Positions 9,536-18,500 of a stretch of 64,000 nt of DNA are shown here, one piece after another. The stretch's first letter is position 1; each line of letters starts with the position of its first letter. The DNA comes from Chthonomonadales bacterium (GTDB lineage: Bacteria > Armatimonadota > Chthonomonadetes > Chthonomonadales > CAJBBX01). Below the pieces are notes generated by a model. The model was not told where the DNA came from. It did not search any database and saw only the letters and a list, made by a program, of their open reading frames with translations. Both the position numbers and the translations under genes were made by a program. The stretch lies in NCBI GenBank assembly GCA_013360745.1, contig JABWBA010000010.1, positions 646 through 64,645 on the forward strand, read 5' to 3'.

Positions 9536-10573
9536 TTACGCAGAATCCCCCTCACCCGAACGATCGCCGAAACTGCCCGCCCCTCGGGGCTCGGGAAAGC
9601 GATCGGACGCCCGGATGCGCGCCTCGATCTCATCAAGGACTTCGGGATTCTGTTCGAGATAGGCCCGGACGTTCTCGCGTCCCTGCCCCAGCCGCGTATC
9701 CCCGTACGAGAAGTGGGAGCCGCTGCGATGAATGATGTCCATCTCGACGGCGAGATCCAGGATATTCCCGGCGCGCGAGATCCCCTGCCCGAAGAGGATA
9801 TCGAACTCGGCCACACGGAAGGGGGGCGCGACCTTGTTCTTGACGATCTTGACCCGTGTGCGCGCGCCGACGGCTTCCGTTCCGGACTTGACCATCTCGA
9901 TGCGCCGTACATCCAGCCGTACGCTGGCCCAGTATTTGAGCGCGCGACCGCCCGGTGTCGTCTCGGGGTTGCCGAACATGACGCCGATCTTCTCGCGGAT
10001 CTGGTTGATGAAAATCGCGCAGCAGCTCGCCCGACTCAGGTTGCCGGCGATTTTGCGCAGGGCCTGCGACATCAATCGTGCCTGCGCCCCGACGTGCGCA
10101 TCGCCCATTTCGCCCTCCACCTCGGCCTTCGGCACGAGAGCCGCTACGGAGTCGAGCACGACAACATCGATCGCGCTGGAGCGGATCAGCGAGTCCATGA
10201 TCTCGAGCGCCTCTTCTCCGGTGCCCGGCTGGGAGACGAGGAGATCATCGATATTCACGCCAAGGGTCGACGAATAATCGGGATCAAGGGCATGTTCGGC
10301 ATCGACGAAGGCGCACGTGCCCCCGAGCTTCTGGGCCTGTGCGATCACGGAGAGAGCCAGCGTCGTCTTGCCGGAGGATTCCGTTCCGAAGATCTCGACG
10401 ATTCGACCTCTGGGCACGCCCCCGACGCCCAGCGCCATATCGAGCGCAATGCTGCCGGTGGGAATCGCTTCGATGCTGAGCTTCGTCGTGTCGCCGAGGC
10501 GCATGATGGCGCCTTTCCCGAACTGCTTTTCGATGGTGCTCAGCGCCATCTCCAGCGCCTTCTGCTTGTCCAT
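9536..10573 (-). CDS. recA: Recombinase RecA
   Basis: [16 protein letters not shown] (Walker A), [30 protein letters not shown]. Confidence 0.99.
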   Translation of the reverse strand: MDKQKALEMALSTIEKQFGKGAIMRLGDTTKLSIEAIPTGSIALDMALGVGGVPRGRIVEIFGTESSGKTTLALSVIAQAQKLGGTCAFVDAEHALDPDYSSTLGVNIDDLLVSQPGTGEEALEIMDSLIRSSAIDVVVLDSVAALVPKAEVEGEMGDAHVGAQARLMSQALRKIAGNLSRASCCAIFINQIREKIGVMFGNPETTPGGRALKYWASVRLDVRRIEMVKSGTEAVGARTRVKIVKNKVAPPFRVAEFDILFGQGISRAGNILDLAVEMDIIHRSGSHFSYGDTRLGQGRENVRAYLEQNPEVLDEIEARIRASDRFPEPRGAGSFGDRSGEGDSA

Positions 10574-10597
10574 TCCTTACCCTGCCTCCTCGGGGAT

Positions 10598-10624
10598 AGT
10601 AGGCGCTACTGCCCATCCATTATA
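10598..10624 (-). promoter_or_regulatory. recA -10 box (TATAAT) with a downstream palindrome
   Basis: TATAAT at 10624-10619 on the minus strand, and AGTAG-N3-CTACT at 10598-10610. Confidence 0.5.
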
Positions 10625-11217
10625 TCGCCGCCCGGCCGCTGCTCGGCGGCGGTCCCGCGCAGTGCGAACGCCTCAACCGCTGTGTAGTCGGGTTCGGCCG
10701 GGCTGAGGACGCTCCGCATCAGCACGATGCGCTCCACCCGAAAGGCCCCAATCTCGCCGATCTCGATCCTCTGAAGCCCGGCCGAAACCGATACCTCCGC
10801 CGCGTAGGTCTTGATCCGGGCCAGCGTCAGATGCGCGGTCGGCGGCCGGGATTCCATCCGAAAACGCACACGCGCAAGGGCTTGGTCGATCGTCTGCGCC
10901 AGAGACGTGAAGTCATCCGCGCCCTCAGACGCCCCGATCCAAACGACGCTCGGCCTGGACGGGCTCGGGAACGCGCCGAGACCGGCAAGCCGGAGCGTAA
11001 AGGGCGCCGCCGCTTTGCATACCGGTTCTACAGCCTCGATCGCGGCCTGCGCCCGAGCCTGATTCAGGTCGCCCAGGAACTTCAGCGTGTAATGGAACAG
11101 GGCAGGACGAACCCATCGGATGGTCGGATCCGCCATCCTCCGGCTAAGCGACGTCTGCAGCTTGCCGACCTCAGCCTTCAGGTCCTCGGGAAGATCCACC
11201 GCGAAGAAGAGCCGCAT
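10606..11217 (-). CDS. thpR: RNA 2',3'-cyclic phosphodiesterase (2H family)
   Basis: MRLFFAV start, two HxT motifs (HYTLKFLG, HLTLAR), and the common position just upstream of recA. Confidence 0.92.
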   Translation of the reverse strand: MRLFFAVDLPEDLKAEVGKLQTSLSRRMADPTIRWVRPALFHYTLKFLGDLNQARAQAAIEAVEPVCKAAAPFTLRLAGLGAFPSPSRPSVVWIGASEGADDFTSLAQTIDQALARVRFRMESRPPTAHLTLARIKTYAAEVSVSAGLQRIEIGEIGAFRVERIVLMRSVLSPAEPDYTAVEAFALRGTAAEQRPGGDIMDGQ

Positions 11218-11297
11218 ACCCCCGGTCTGGCTTCCCATATCGCCAGAAGTTTCGCGACGCCCGCGGCAGAATCCTCCCGCCTGTGATCGGCAGAATG

Positions 11298-11798
11298 CTA
11301 CATCGTGATGAACTTCTCGCCCTTTGTGCGGCAGATCGGGCATGCCTCCGGCGGCGCGGAGCCCATTTCGATGTAGCCGCAGATCGGACACAGGAAGAAC
11401 TCGACGCCGACGAGATCCTTGCCGTTCTCCACGGCCTCCAGCGCCAGCGCATAGAGCCGCGCATGGACGGCTTCGGCCTCGACGGCATAGCCGAACATCC
11501 GGGCCGCCCTGTGCCCCGCTTCCTGCGCGCGCTCGTGCATCGGCGGGTACATCTCGGCGTACTCATAGGTCTCGCCGGCGATGGCGGCTCTTAGATTATC
11601 CGCCGTGGTTCCGATCCCGGCCATCGCGGCCAGATGTCCCTGGGCATGGATCGCTTCGGCTTCCGCAGTCAGGCGGAAGAGACGCGCGATGTTGGTGAAA
11701 CCGTCCTTATCGGCCTGTTTGGCGAACGCAATGTACTTGCGATTGGCCTGGCTCTCCCCTGCAAAGGCCTCCTCGAGGTCCTTCTTGATCTCCGGCAT
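11298..11798 (-). CDS. Rubrerythrin
   Basis: AFAGESQANRKY, EAEAIHA and EAVHA diiron motifs plus a CPICG..CPIC rubredoxin domain. Confidence 0.95.
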   Translation of the reverse strand: MPEIKKDLEEAFAGESQANRKYIAFAKQADKDGFTNIARLFRLTAEAEAIHAQGHLAAMAGIGTTADNLRAAIAGETYEYAEMYPPMHERAQEAGHRAARMFGYAVEAEAVHARLYALALEAVENGKDLVGVEFFLCPICGYIEMGSAPPEACPICRTKGEKFITM

Positions 11799-11826
11799 GT
11801 CCCTTTCCTTTCGTGACTTCGCGGGA

Positions 11827-12858
11827 TCAGGGCGTTGCGGCCGCCCTCCCCAGCGCGACCCGGCTTCCGGAGCGGGACGATTCGATCGCCCCGAACACCA
11901 TCGCCAGGCTCTTGATGTTGTCGTGACATTCGCCCATCGGTGTCCGGCCCGTCTCCAGGGCGTCGATAAAGTCGCGGATTGAACCCGAGATGCCCATCGG
12001 CGCTCCCGCGTCTACGGCCGCCGTGACCTCCTCAACATCCGAATGGAAACCGCCAACTGCGACGACCTTCTCGGCGACGGGCGCGTGATGCCCATCCCAA
12101 ACGGCGCTCCCGCGAGGCCCGACGGCTCTCCACTCGCTGTCCCAGGAGGTGCGCCGACCTTCGGCGCACCAGCAACCGCGATACGTGTAGCGCAGGCCTC
12201 CGCTCATCTCGAAGATCGCCACGGCGGAGGCGTCGCCCCGATACCACGACCAGCTCGGATTGGACTCTTCGCAATAGACCGCGACCGGATCGGCGCCGGT
12301 GAGATATCGCGCGGCGTCGAAGGTATGGATCGCCATATCGAGGACGAGAGGGCTATCCATCTCGTCTCGGAAGCCGCCGAAGTGGGCGCCGATGTAGAAA
12401 TCGGAGTTCAGGATGCCCGGCGGCCCGGTTGCCTCGTCGATGAGGGAACGAAACGCCTGCAGGCGGGGGTCGTACCGACGGCTCTGGCTGACCATATAGA
12501 GCTTGCCCGAACGCTCCGACGCAGCAACCATCTCTCGGGCCGCCTCCATCGAGTGGGCCATGGGCTTCTCGCCGATCACCGGCAGGCCGAGGCCCAGCGC
12601 CGTCAGAGTCACATCTCGATGGGCTTCGGGCACGGTCACATCGACGACGAAATCGGGAGCGCACTGGCGGATGGCGCCGGCCAGATCCGGACCTGTATGG
12701 ATATCCATGAGGCCGAGTTCCCGAGCGGCATCAGCAGCCGCCTCAGGACGGAGATCCACCCAGCCGGCGATCTCCGTTCGGTCGTATTCGACGAGGTTAC
12801 GGCCCCAGGCGCGGCCCATGCCGCCCGCCCCCACGATCACGGCCCTGTACGTCCTCAT
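11827..12858 (-). CDS. Gfo/Idh/MocA oxidoreductase
   Basis: GAGGMG Rossmann motif, EKP, DMAIHTFD. Confidence 0.9.
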   Translation of the reverse strand: MRTYRAVIVGAGGMGRAWGRNLVEYDRTEIAGWVDLRPEAAADAARELGLMDIHTGPDLAGAIRQCAPDFVVDVTVPEAHRDVTLTALGLGLPVIGEKPMAHSMEAAREMVAASERSGKLYMVSQSRRYDPRLQAFRSLIDEATGPPGILNSDFYIGAHFGGFRDEMDSPLVLDMAIHTFDAARYLTGADPVAVYCEESNPSWSWYRGDASAVAIFEMSGGLRYTYRGCWCAEGRRTSWDSEWRAVGPRGSAVWDGHHAPVAEKVVAVGGFHSDVEEVTAAVDAGAPMGISGSIRDFIDALETGRTPMGECHDNIKSLAMVFGAIESSRSGSRVALGRAAATP

Positions 12859-13019
12859 GGAGAAACCTCCCGTCCGGGTTGCCCCTGTCGCACTGTTCGC
12901 CGCTGCAGGCCGGAGGTCCTCCCTGTCGGTCGATCTTAGCGGAAGCGGGGTTCGTGCGGTATACCATTAGCCGTCGGATTGGCCGCTGCATACCGCAACG
13001 TACCCGTCAGGAGGTCGTC

Positions 13020-15404
13020 ATGCTCACCTTCAGGACCCGCATCCGTTTTGGATGGATCGCACCCCTTTGCATACTCGCGCTGTGCGGCGTGAGCGGTCAC
13101 GCCGCCGAGGAGGCCGACGGCGGCAAGAAGACAGCGGAGCTCAAGCTCGAGGATCTATATCCGAAGAAGAGCTTCTTCGGCAAACAGGCTCGCGGGATGG
13201 CGTGGTCGCACAACGATCGGTACGTGGCCTATCTCTGGAACGCTTACGACGACAAGGGCTGGGACCTGTGGCTCTACGATACACGGGACAGGAAGGCGAT
13301 CCGCGTCACCTCACCCGAGTTCCTGCTCCCCTTCGACCGCGATCTCAAAGAGATCATCGAGCGCTACAAAAAAGACAGGGAAGAGGACGAACGCCGTAAA
13401 AAGCTGTCCGACGAAGAGCGGAAGAAGCTCGAAGAGGAGGACGACAAGAAGGAGAAGGAGCGCAAAGAGCCCCGAAAGGAGTACGGCGGCATCGGCGAGT
13501 TCGAGTGGGCCCATAAATCGGACGAGCTCCTGTTCACCTATAAAGGGGATATCTATCGCTTCGTTATCGGGAAGGATGCTCCCGTCCGGCTGACACGCAC
13601 CACCGATGGGGAATCGGGCCTGAAGTACACTCGCGACGATAAAGGCTTCCTCTTCCAGCGGGGTGACGGCGTCTATCGGATGTCCTTTGGCGATCCGACC
13701 GTCGTTCAGCTCAATCCAGCGCTCCCCGACGGTCTCCGGTTCAGCGGTTACTGGCTCGCGCCCGACGAGTCGAAGGTCCTGATCACCGGTTATAAACCTT
13801 CCGGCAAGGACCGGGACGTCAGCTACCTCACCTACCGCGGGCGGTTCGCCGAAGCCCGGACGACCTCGAGAAACGTCGCCGATGACCCGTTCAACTCGGA
13901 ACAGCGGGCGTTCATCATCGACCTCAACGACGATCCGAAGGCGACGCTGCTCAACGACGGCAAGCCGTGGGAGATCTGGAAGTGGCCCGCCGGCAACGAG
14001 ATGGGGCAGTTCGTCGTCCACCAGGAACCCTGGTCGCCCGATTCGAAGAAAGTCGTCTTCGCCACATGGAAGCGCACGAAGCGGGAGCTGGAAGTCTGTG
14101 TCGCGGATACGGCCGAGAAGAAAGTCGCCACAATCTACAAGACGACGCACAATGGCGAGCACACGACCCCGGGGATGACCAACCCCTTCTACACCCGGGA
14201 TGGATCGCGGATCCTCCTCCTCCTGGAACAGAGCGGCTATCGGCATCTTTGTTCGCTGAACCCGCTGACGGAGGGCGCCACACAGCTGACGAGGGGCGAT
14301 TTCGAGGTCTACCCGTTGAAGCTGTCCGAGGACGGCGCCTGGGAGCTGGTCCGGAGCAGTAAGGAGCACCCGGCTCGGATGAACCTGTACCGTGTGGACC
14401 TGACCGATGGCTCGATGACCCGTCTGACCCATCGGGACGGTGATTATGGCGAGGGCGTTCTGAGCCATGACGGCAAGCGGGTGGCGGTTACCTTCGGATC
14501 CTGGAAAGTCCTGCGGGAGCTCTACCTACTGCCTGCACTCGGCAAGAAGGACGAAGTCGCCATCACCTCCTCCCATCCGGGCACGTTCGAGAAGGTGCAC
14601 AAGATCGTTGCCGAGCTCTTCAGCTTCAAGAACCGGCACGGCCATACGGTTTACGCCTTCATCCACAAACCCGCCGGCCTGAAGAAGGACGACAAGCGAC
14701 CCCTGCTGATCTACACCTACGGCGGTCCCCTCGGCACGGGCCACTCCGTCGTCGACGGCGCGTTCGGCGGCGATTCCTACCTTCTGCCCATGTACCTGGC
14801 CTACAAGTACGGCTATATCTGCGTCACGGTGGACCCCCGCGGCTCTTCGGGGTATGGGGGCCTCTTTGGCAATGCGAACTGGGAACACCCGGGCGTCGCC
14901 CAGGTCGAGGACCTCAGCGATTGCGTGAAGTATGTCAGCGAGCAATATGGGGTCGACCCGAAGCGGGTGGGCGTCAACGGCTGGTCCTTCGGCGGCTTCC
15001 AAACCCAGATGTGCCTCTATACCGCGCCCGATGTCTTTACGCTGGGTATCGCAGGGGCCGGGCCGACCGAATGGCAGAACTACAACAACTGGTACGCGGG
15101 CGGTGTGATCGGCCCGGCGACCGTGGGCAAGCCGGACGATCTGGACAAGTTCTCGCTCACCAAGCTTGCCAAGAACCTCAAAGGGGACCTGATGCTGCTG
15201 CACGGCATGGAGGACACGAACGTTCTGGCGCAGGACACGATCAAGGTCTACCGTGAGCTCCTTCAAGCCGGCAAAGGGCCGCAGGTCGAGCTGGTGCTCG
15301 ATCCGACCGGCGGGCACGGACTGGGCGGCGACATCAAGTCGAAGGATCGTGCGCTGATCTACGAATCGTTCCTCCTTCGCCGGTGGGGACCGTACAAGAA
15401 ATAG
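13020..15404 (+). CDS. S9 family (DPP-IV-like) serine peptidase
   Basis: Signal peptide, beta-propeller repeats, GWSFGG nucleophile, D (MEDTNV) and H (GGHG) triad residues, RBS AGGAGG. Confidence 0.92.
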   Translation: MLTFRTRIRFGWIAPLCILALCGVSGHAAEEADGGKKTAELKLEDLYPKKSFFGKQARGMAWSHNDRYVAYLWNAYDDKGWDLWLYDTRDRKAIRVTSPEFLLPFDRDLKEIIERYKKDREEDERRKKLSDEERKKLEEEDDKKEKERKEPRKEYGGIGEFEWAHKSDELLFTYKGDIYRFVIGKDAPVRLTRTTDGESGLKYTRDDKGFLFQRGDGVYRMSFGDPTVVQLNPALPDGLRFSGYWLAPDESKVLITGYKPSGKDRDVSYLTYRGRFAEARTTSRNVADDPFNSEQRAFIIDLNDDPKATLLNDGKPWEIWKWPAGNEMGQFVVHQEPWSPDSKKVVFATWKRTKRELEVCVADTAEKKVATIYKTTHNGEHTTPGMTNPFYTRDGSRILLLLEQSGYRHLCSLNPLTEGATQLTRGDFEVYPLKLSEDGAWELVRSSKEHPARMNLYRVDLTDGSMTRLTHRDGDYGEGVLSHDGKRVAVTFGSWKVLRELYLLPALGKKDEVAITSSHPGTFEKVHKIVAELFSFKNRHGHTVYAFIHKPAGLKKDDKRPLLIYTYGGPLGTGHSVVDGAFGGDSYLLPMYLAYKYGYICVTVDPRGSSGYGGLFGNANWEHPGVAQVEDLSDCVKYVSEQYGVDPKRVGVNGWSFGGFQTQMCLYTAPDVFTLGIAGAGPTEWQNYNNWYAGGVIGPATVGKPDDLDKFSLTKLAKNLKGDLMLLHGMEDTNVLAQDTIKVYRELLQAGKGPQVELVLDPTGGHGLGGDIKSKDRALIYESFLLRRWGPYKK

Positions 15405-15446
15405 CCGCCGTACGGCCGATGAGGCCAACGGATCGGGAGCGCCTGC

Positions 15447-18400
15447 ATGGGAGCCAGAACGATCTACATCCTCGGGGCGCTCCTCGTCCTGGTATCGCTT
15501 GCGACGACATCGGCCATGGCGGCTGAGCTCGTCCCCATCGCCGACCCAACCTCGGGCCGCTGGACCGGGTTGAAGTACGGCAGCGTTGAGCTGTCCGCGG
15601 GGCCGAGCGAGGATCTCTCAATCGAAGGTGAGCAGGCCGGGCAGCGCACAACCGCCGCCCGTACGGAGGTGCGCGTCGTCAGGCAGGGCGCCCGCACGGT
15701 TCTTTCCTATCGGTCCGGCGACTGGATGATCGACGACGTCATGACCCGCAACGGAGCTGCCGTCCGCCGCCGGATCCATGCGCAATGGGAGGGCGCCGCG
15801 ACGGCGGTCGTTACCGGTGTGACCCTCCGAACTCCGATTCTGCGTCTCTCGCCATCGACGAACGACTGGGCGCTGCTCCCGGGCAACTTCCCGATTCGCA
15901 AGATCCGCCTCGCCGCCATGACCGACGGCGAGCGCGCCACGGAGTCCGGCTGGACCCGGGGCGACTACGCCCTCGCGATGCTCCATTCACCCACGGCCCG
16001 GATCTCCGTCGTAGCAGGCTATGCGTTTCGAGGCGACGAAGCGCGGGTCTCCGTCGAACGCCTCGGGAATGGCCTCGTGCTGGAACATCGCTTCCACGCC
16101 CTCGCCCGCCTCGAACCGGGCGACAGCATGGAGATCGGTGAGCAGGTTCTGCGCGCGATTCCAGGGCCGGAAAGCGCACTCCGGCGCGGCGTGGCGAACC
16201 TGTCGGACCATCTGGACAATGGCCCGCCCGGAGATACGCCGACCGACATCGGCCGAACCGTTCTGTATGAGGTGCACCCCTGGGGGCGTTTGGAGATCTG
16301 GGGCGTCGGCGATCGGGGCTACCGGTACGACCGACTGACCAGACTCCTCCTGTACTACAAGCGGCTCGGGATCAACGCCTTCTGGCTGCTGCCCGTAAGC
16401 TGGCCCCCGCCATGGGTCTATACCCTGCCGGCGTTCGACAGGATCGCGCCCGAGAACGGCACGCCCGAGCAGCTCAAAGGCTTCGTGGACGGCGCCCACG
16501 CGCTGGGGATGCGCGTTCTCATGGACCTTGTCGTCTACGGCATCCACCCGGACTCCGAGGAGGCGGCGAAACTGCCGCCGGATGTCTGGGCCAGGGATCG
16601 TAACGGCCAACCGACCCGGGTATGGGGCGGCGCCGTCCTAGCCGCCGACACGAGCGCGCCCGCATGGCAGGCTCGGATCCGTCAGGTGTGCGACGCGTGG
16701 GTCCGGCAGTTCGGCTTCGACGGGGCGCGACTGGATTGCATCGGGTGGGGGCAGACTCCGAACTGGGCGGCGGCCCGACCCAACCGCGCTATGGCAGAGG
16801 GCGGACTGCAGCTCAATAAAGTGGTTCGGGAGGCGTTCCGCGCCGTCAACCCCCGCTCCCTCCTCCTGCCCGAAGGGGGCAAGCCGCTCGTCTTCCGTAA
16901 CGCCGACATGATCTTCGACTACCCGCTCTACCTCGCCATGCGGGACATGACCCTGCGGCCGGACCTCTCCGGCTGGATCGCCGATCTGCAAGCCTGGCTT
17001 GAATGGGAGCGCCTCTGCTATCCCCGGCGCGCCCAGGGCATCGTACGGTTTCTCGAACTGCACGATACCGTTGCCTCCACCGAATACTTCGGCGCAGGCC
17101 CAGCCCAGGCGCTGACAGCGATCTGCGTGTTCCTCCACGGCGTTCCCCTGCTGCAGCAGGATCAGGAGATCGGCTTCAGCGCCGACCTGGCCGCCTGGCT
17201 CCATCTCCGCGACCGCGAACCGCGATTCTGGAAGGGCGGGGCGCGGTACGACGCCGTTCGCAGTTCGGACGCTCGGATATGGACCTGCCTGCGGGAAGGG
17301 GCGGAAGGAGCCGCGGTCATCGGGGTGAATCTCACGGGCGCCGATATCAAAACCCGACTCCGATGGCCTGCCGACATCGCCAGAGCGTACCCTTCGGGCT
17401 TCAACGGCCTGTCGGGCCAGGCAGTGGCCCTCCGGGATGGCGCCGTCGACGTCGTCGTGCCCGCCTATCGGCCGTTCGTTCTGCTGCTCAATCCCCGCGG
17501 TGTCCGCCCGAAGCCGATTCGGCCGGTTCGGGCGACGGGCCAACGGTGGACTGTCCGGACCAGCGAAGGCGTTCTCAGCGACATCGTACAGGATTATGCG
17601 ACCGGATCGGCCGATCGGAGCATCCCCCTGAGCTCGCCGAAGGGCGATGCCGAGGAGGTCCTGCCGACGCTCCGACGGGCCCGCAATGCCCGTGAGCTCG
17701 GCCTTATGGACGGCGTTATCCCCCGATCCATTGCCGGCGGGCCGGTTCGGGTTGCCGTCGATCCGTGGTTCGTGCGGCTAACCAACGATCGCTTGCGCCT
17801 CACGCTCGCTCGGAGACACGGAGGGATCATCGCGGAGCTCGCCCGCATCGACGGGAAGGCCGCCGTGCCGTTGATCCGCACGGGCGGGGATGCCTACGCG
17901 GACCAGGGATTCTTCCCCGACAACCAGTTCGGCTCGGTGGACGGGGAGACCAACCCCCGGCTCTCGTTCATTCGATCACGAGACCGGGTGACGGTACGGT
18001 TTGCGGGCGTCCTTCGGAGTCGGTCGTGGAACGGGGTGCAGACCTGCGCGATCGCCGGCCCCCTCCTCCGATACGAGCTCGCGTACAGCATGGACACCTC
18101 GAACTCGATCCTGATCACGATGACGCTGACCTCGCCGACCGATCGGACGCCGGGGCAATCCTTCTTCGCCCTCCGCCTGCCGATCGGCAGGCTCACCGGC
18201 TGGAGCAGGGGCGCGAATAACGGCGCGGTGGATGAGGCGTCTCAGGGGCGGCTCGGCCAGGGCGCCCTATCGGAGCCGCTCGAGCTCCAGACCCGCAACG
18301 GTCGGCTAACCGCCACTCCGGGGCCGGGCATGCGCAACCTCTTCGCAATCGGCGGCGCAACAACGGACGCCCATCTGTTCCTCGCGCTCGCGGACGGGCC

Positions 18401-18482
18401 CCTTGCGGCCATGGACGCAAACCAGCCGCTCAGGGCCGAGTGTGCGCTCACCGTCGGCGCTGAGGAACCGTCCGATCCATGA
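15447..18482 (+). CDS. Secreted multidomain GH13 (alpha-amylase-like) protein
   Basis: Signal peptide. Conserved regions VLMDLV, FDGARLD, LPEG and ELHDT, flanked by long N- and C-terminal beta domains. Confidence 0.75.
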   Translation: MGARTIYILGALLVLVSLATTSAMAAELVPIADPTSGRWTGLKYGSVELSAGPSEDLSIEGEQAGQRTTAARTEVRVVRQGARTVLSYRSGDWMIDDVMTRNGAAVRRRIHAQWEGAATAVVTGVTLRTPILRLSPSTNDWALLPGNFPIRKIRLAAMTDGERATESGWTRGDYALAMLHSPTARISVVAGYAFRGDEARVSVERLGNGLVLEHRFHALARLEPGDSMEIGEQVLRAIPGPESALRRGVANLSDHLDNGPPGDTPTDIGRTVLYEVHPWGRLEIWGVGDRGYRYDRLTRLLLYYKRLGINAFWLLPVSWPPPWVYTLPAFDRIAPENGTPEQLKGFVDGAHALGMRVLMDLVVYGIHPDSEEAAKLPPDVWARDRNGQPTRVWGGAVLAADTSAPAWQARIRQVCDAWVRQFGFDGARLDCIGWGQTPNWAAARPNRAMAEGGLQLNKVVREAFRAVNPRSLLLPEGGKPLVFRNADMIFDYPLYLAMRDMTLRPDLSGWIADLQAWLEWERLCYPRRAQGIVRFLELHDTVASTEYFGAGPAQALTAICVFLHGVPLLQQDQEIGFSADLAAWLHLRDREPRFWKGGARYDAVRSSDARIWTCLREGAEGAAVIGVNLTGADIKTRLRWPADIARAYPSGFNGLSGQAVALRDGAVDVVVPAYRPFVLLLNPRGVRPKPIRPVRATGQRWTVRTSEGVLSDIVQDYATGSADRSIPLSSPKGDAEEVLPTLRRARNARELGLMDGVIPRSIAGGPVRVAVDPWFVRLTNDRLRLTLARRHGGIIAELARIDGKAAVPLIRTGGDAYADQGFFPDNQFGSVDGETNPRLSFIRSRDRVTVRFAGVLRSRSWNGVQTCAIAGPLLRYELAYSMDTSNSILITMTLTSPTDRTPGQSFFALRLPIGRLTGWSRGANNGAVDEASQGRLGQGALSEPLELQTRNGRLTATPGPGMRNLFAIGGATTDAHLFLALADGPLAAMDANQPLRAECALTVGAEEPSDP

Positions 18483-18500
18483 ACGCCCGCCGGCACGCCG

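Noticed and set aside
10360-10400. RecA Walker A variant GTESSGKTT instead of GPESSGKTT
   Set aside because: A single substitution with the GKT core intact. It is probably lineage variation, and I cannot assess it without an alignment.
13350-13490. Lys/Glu-rich low-complexity stretch in the S9 peptidase
   Set aside because: Most simply a charged loop or coiled coil. It shows no DNA-level periodicity.
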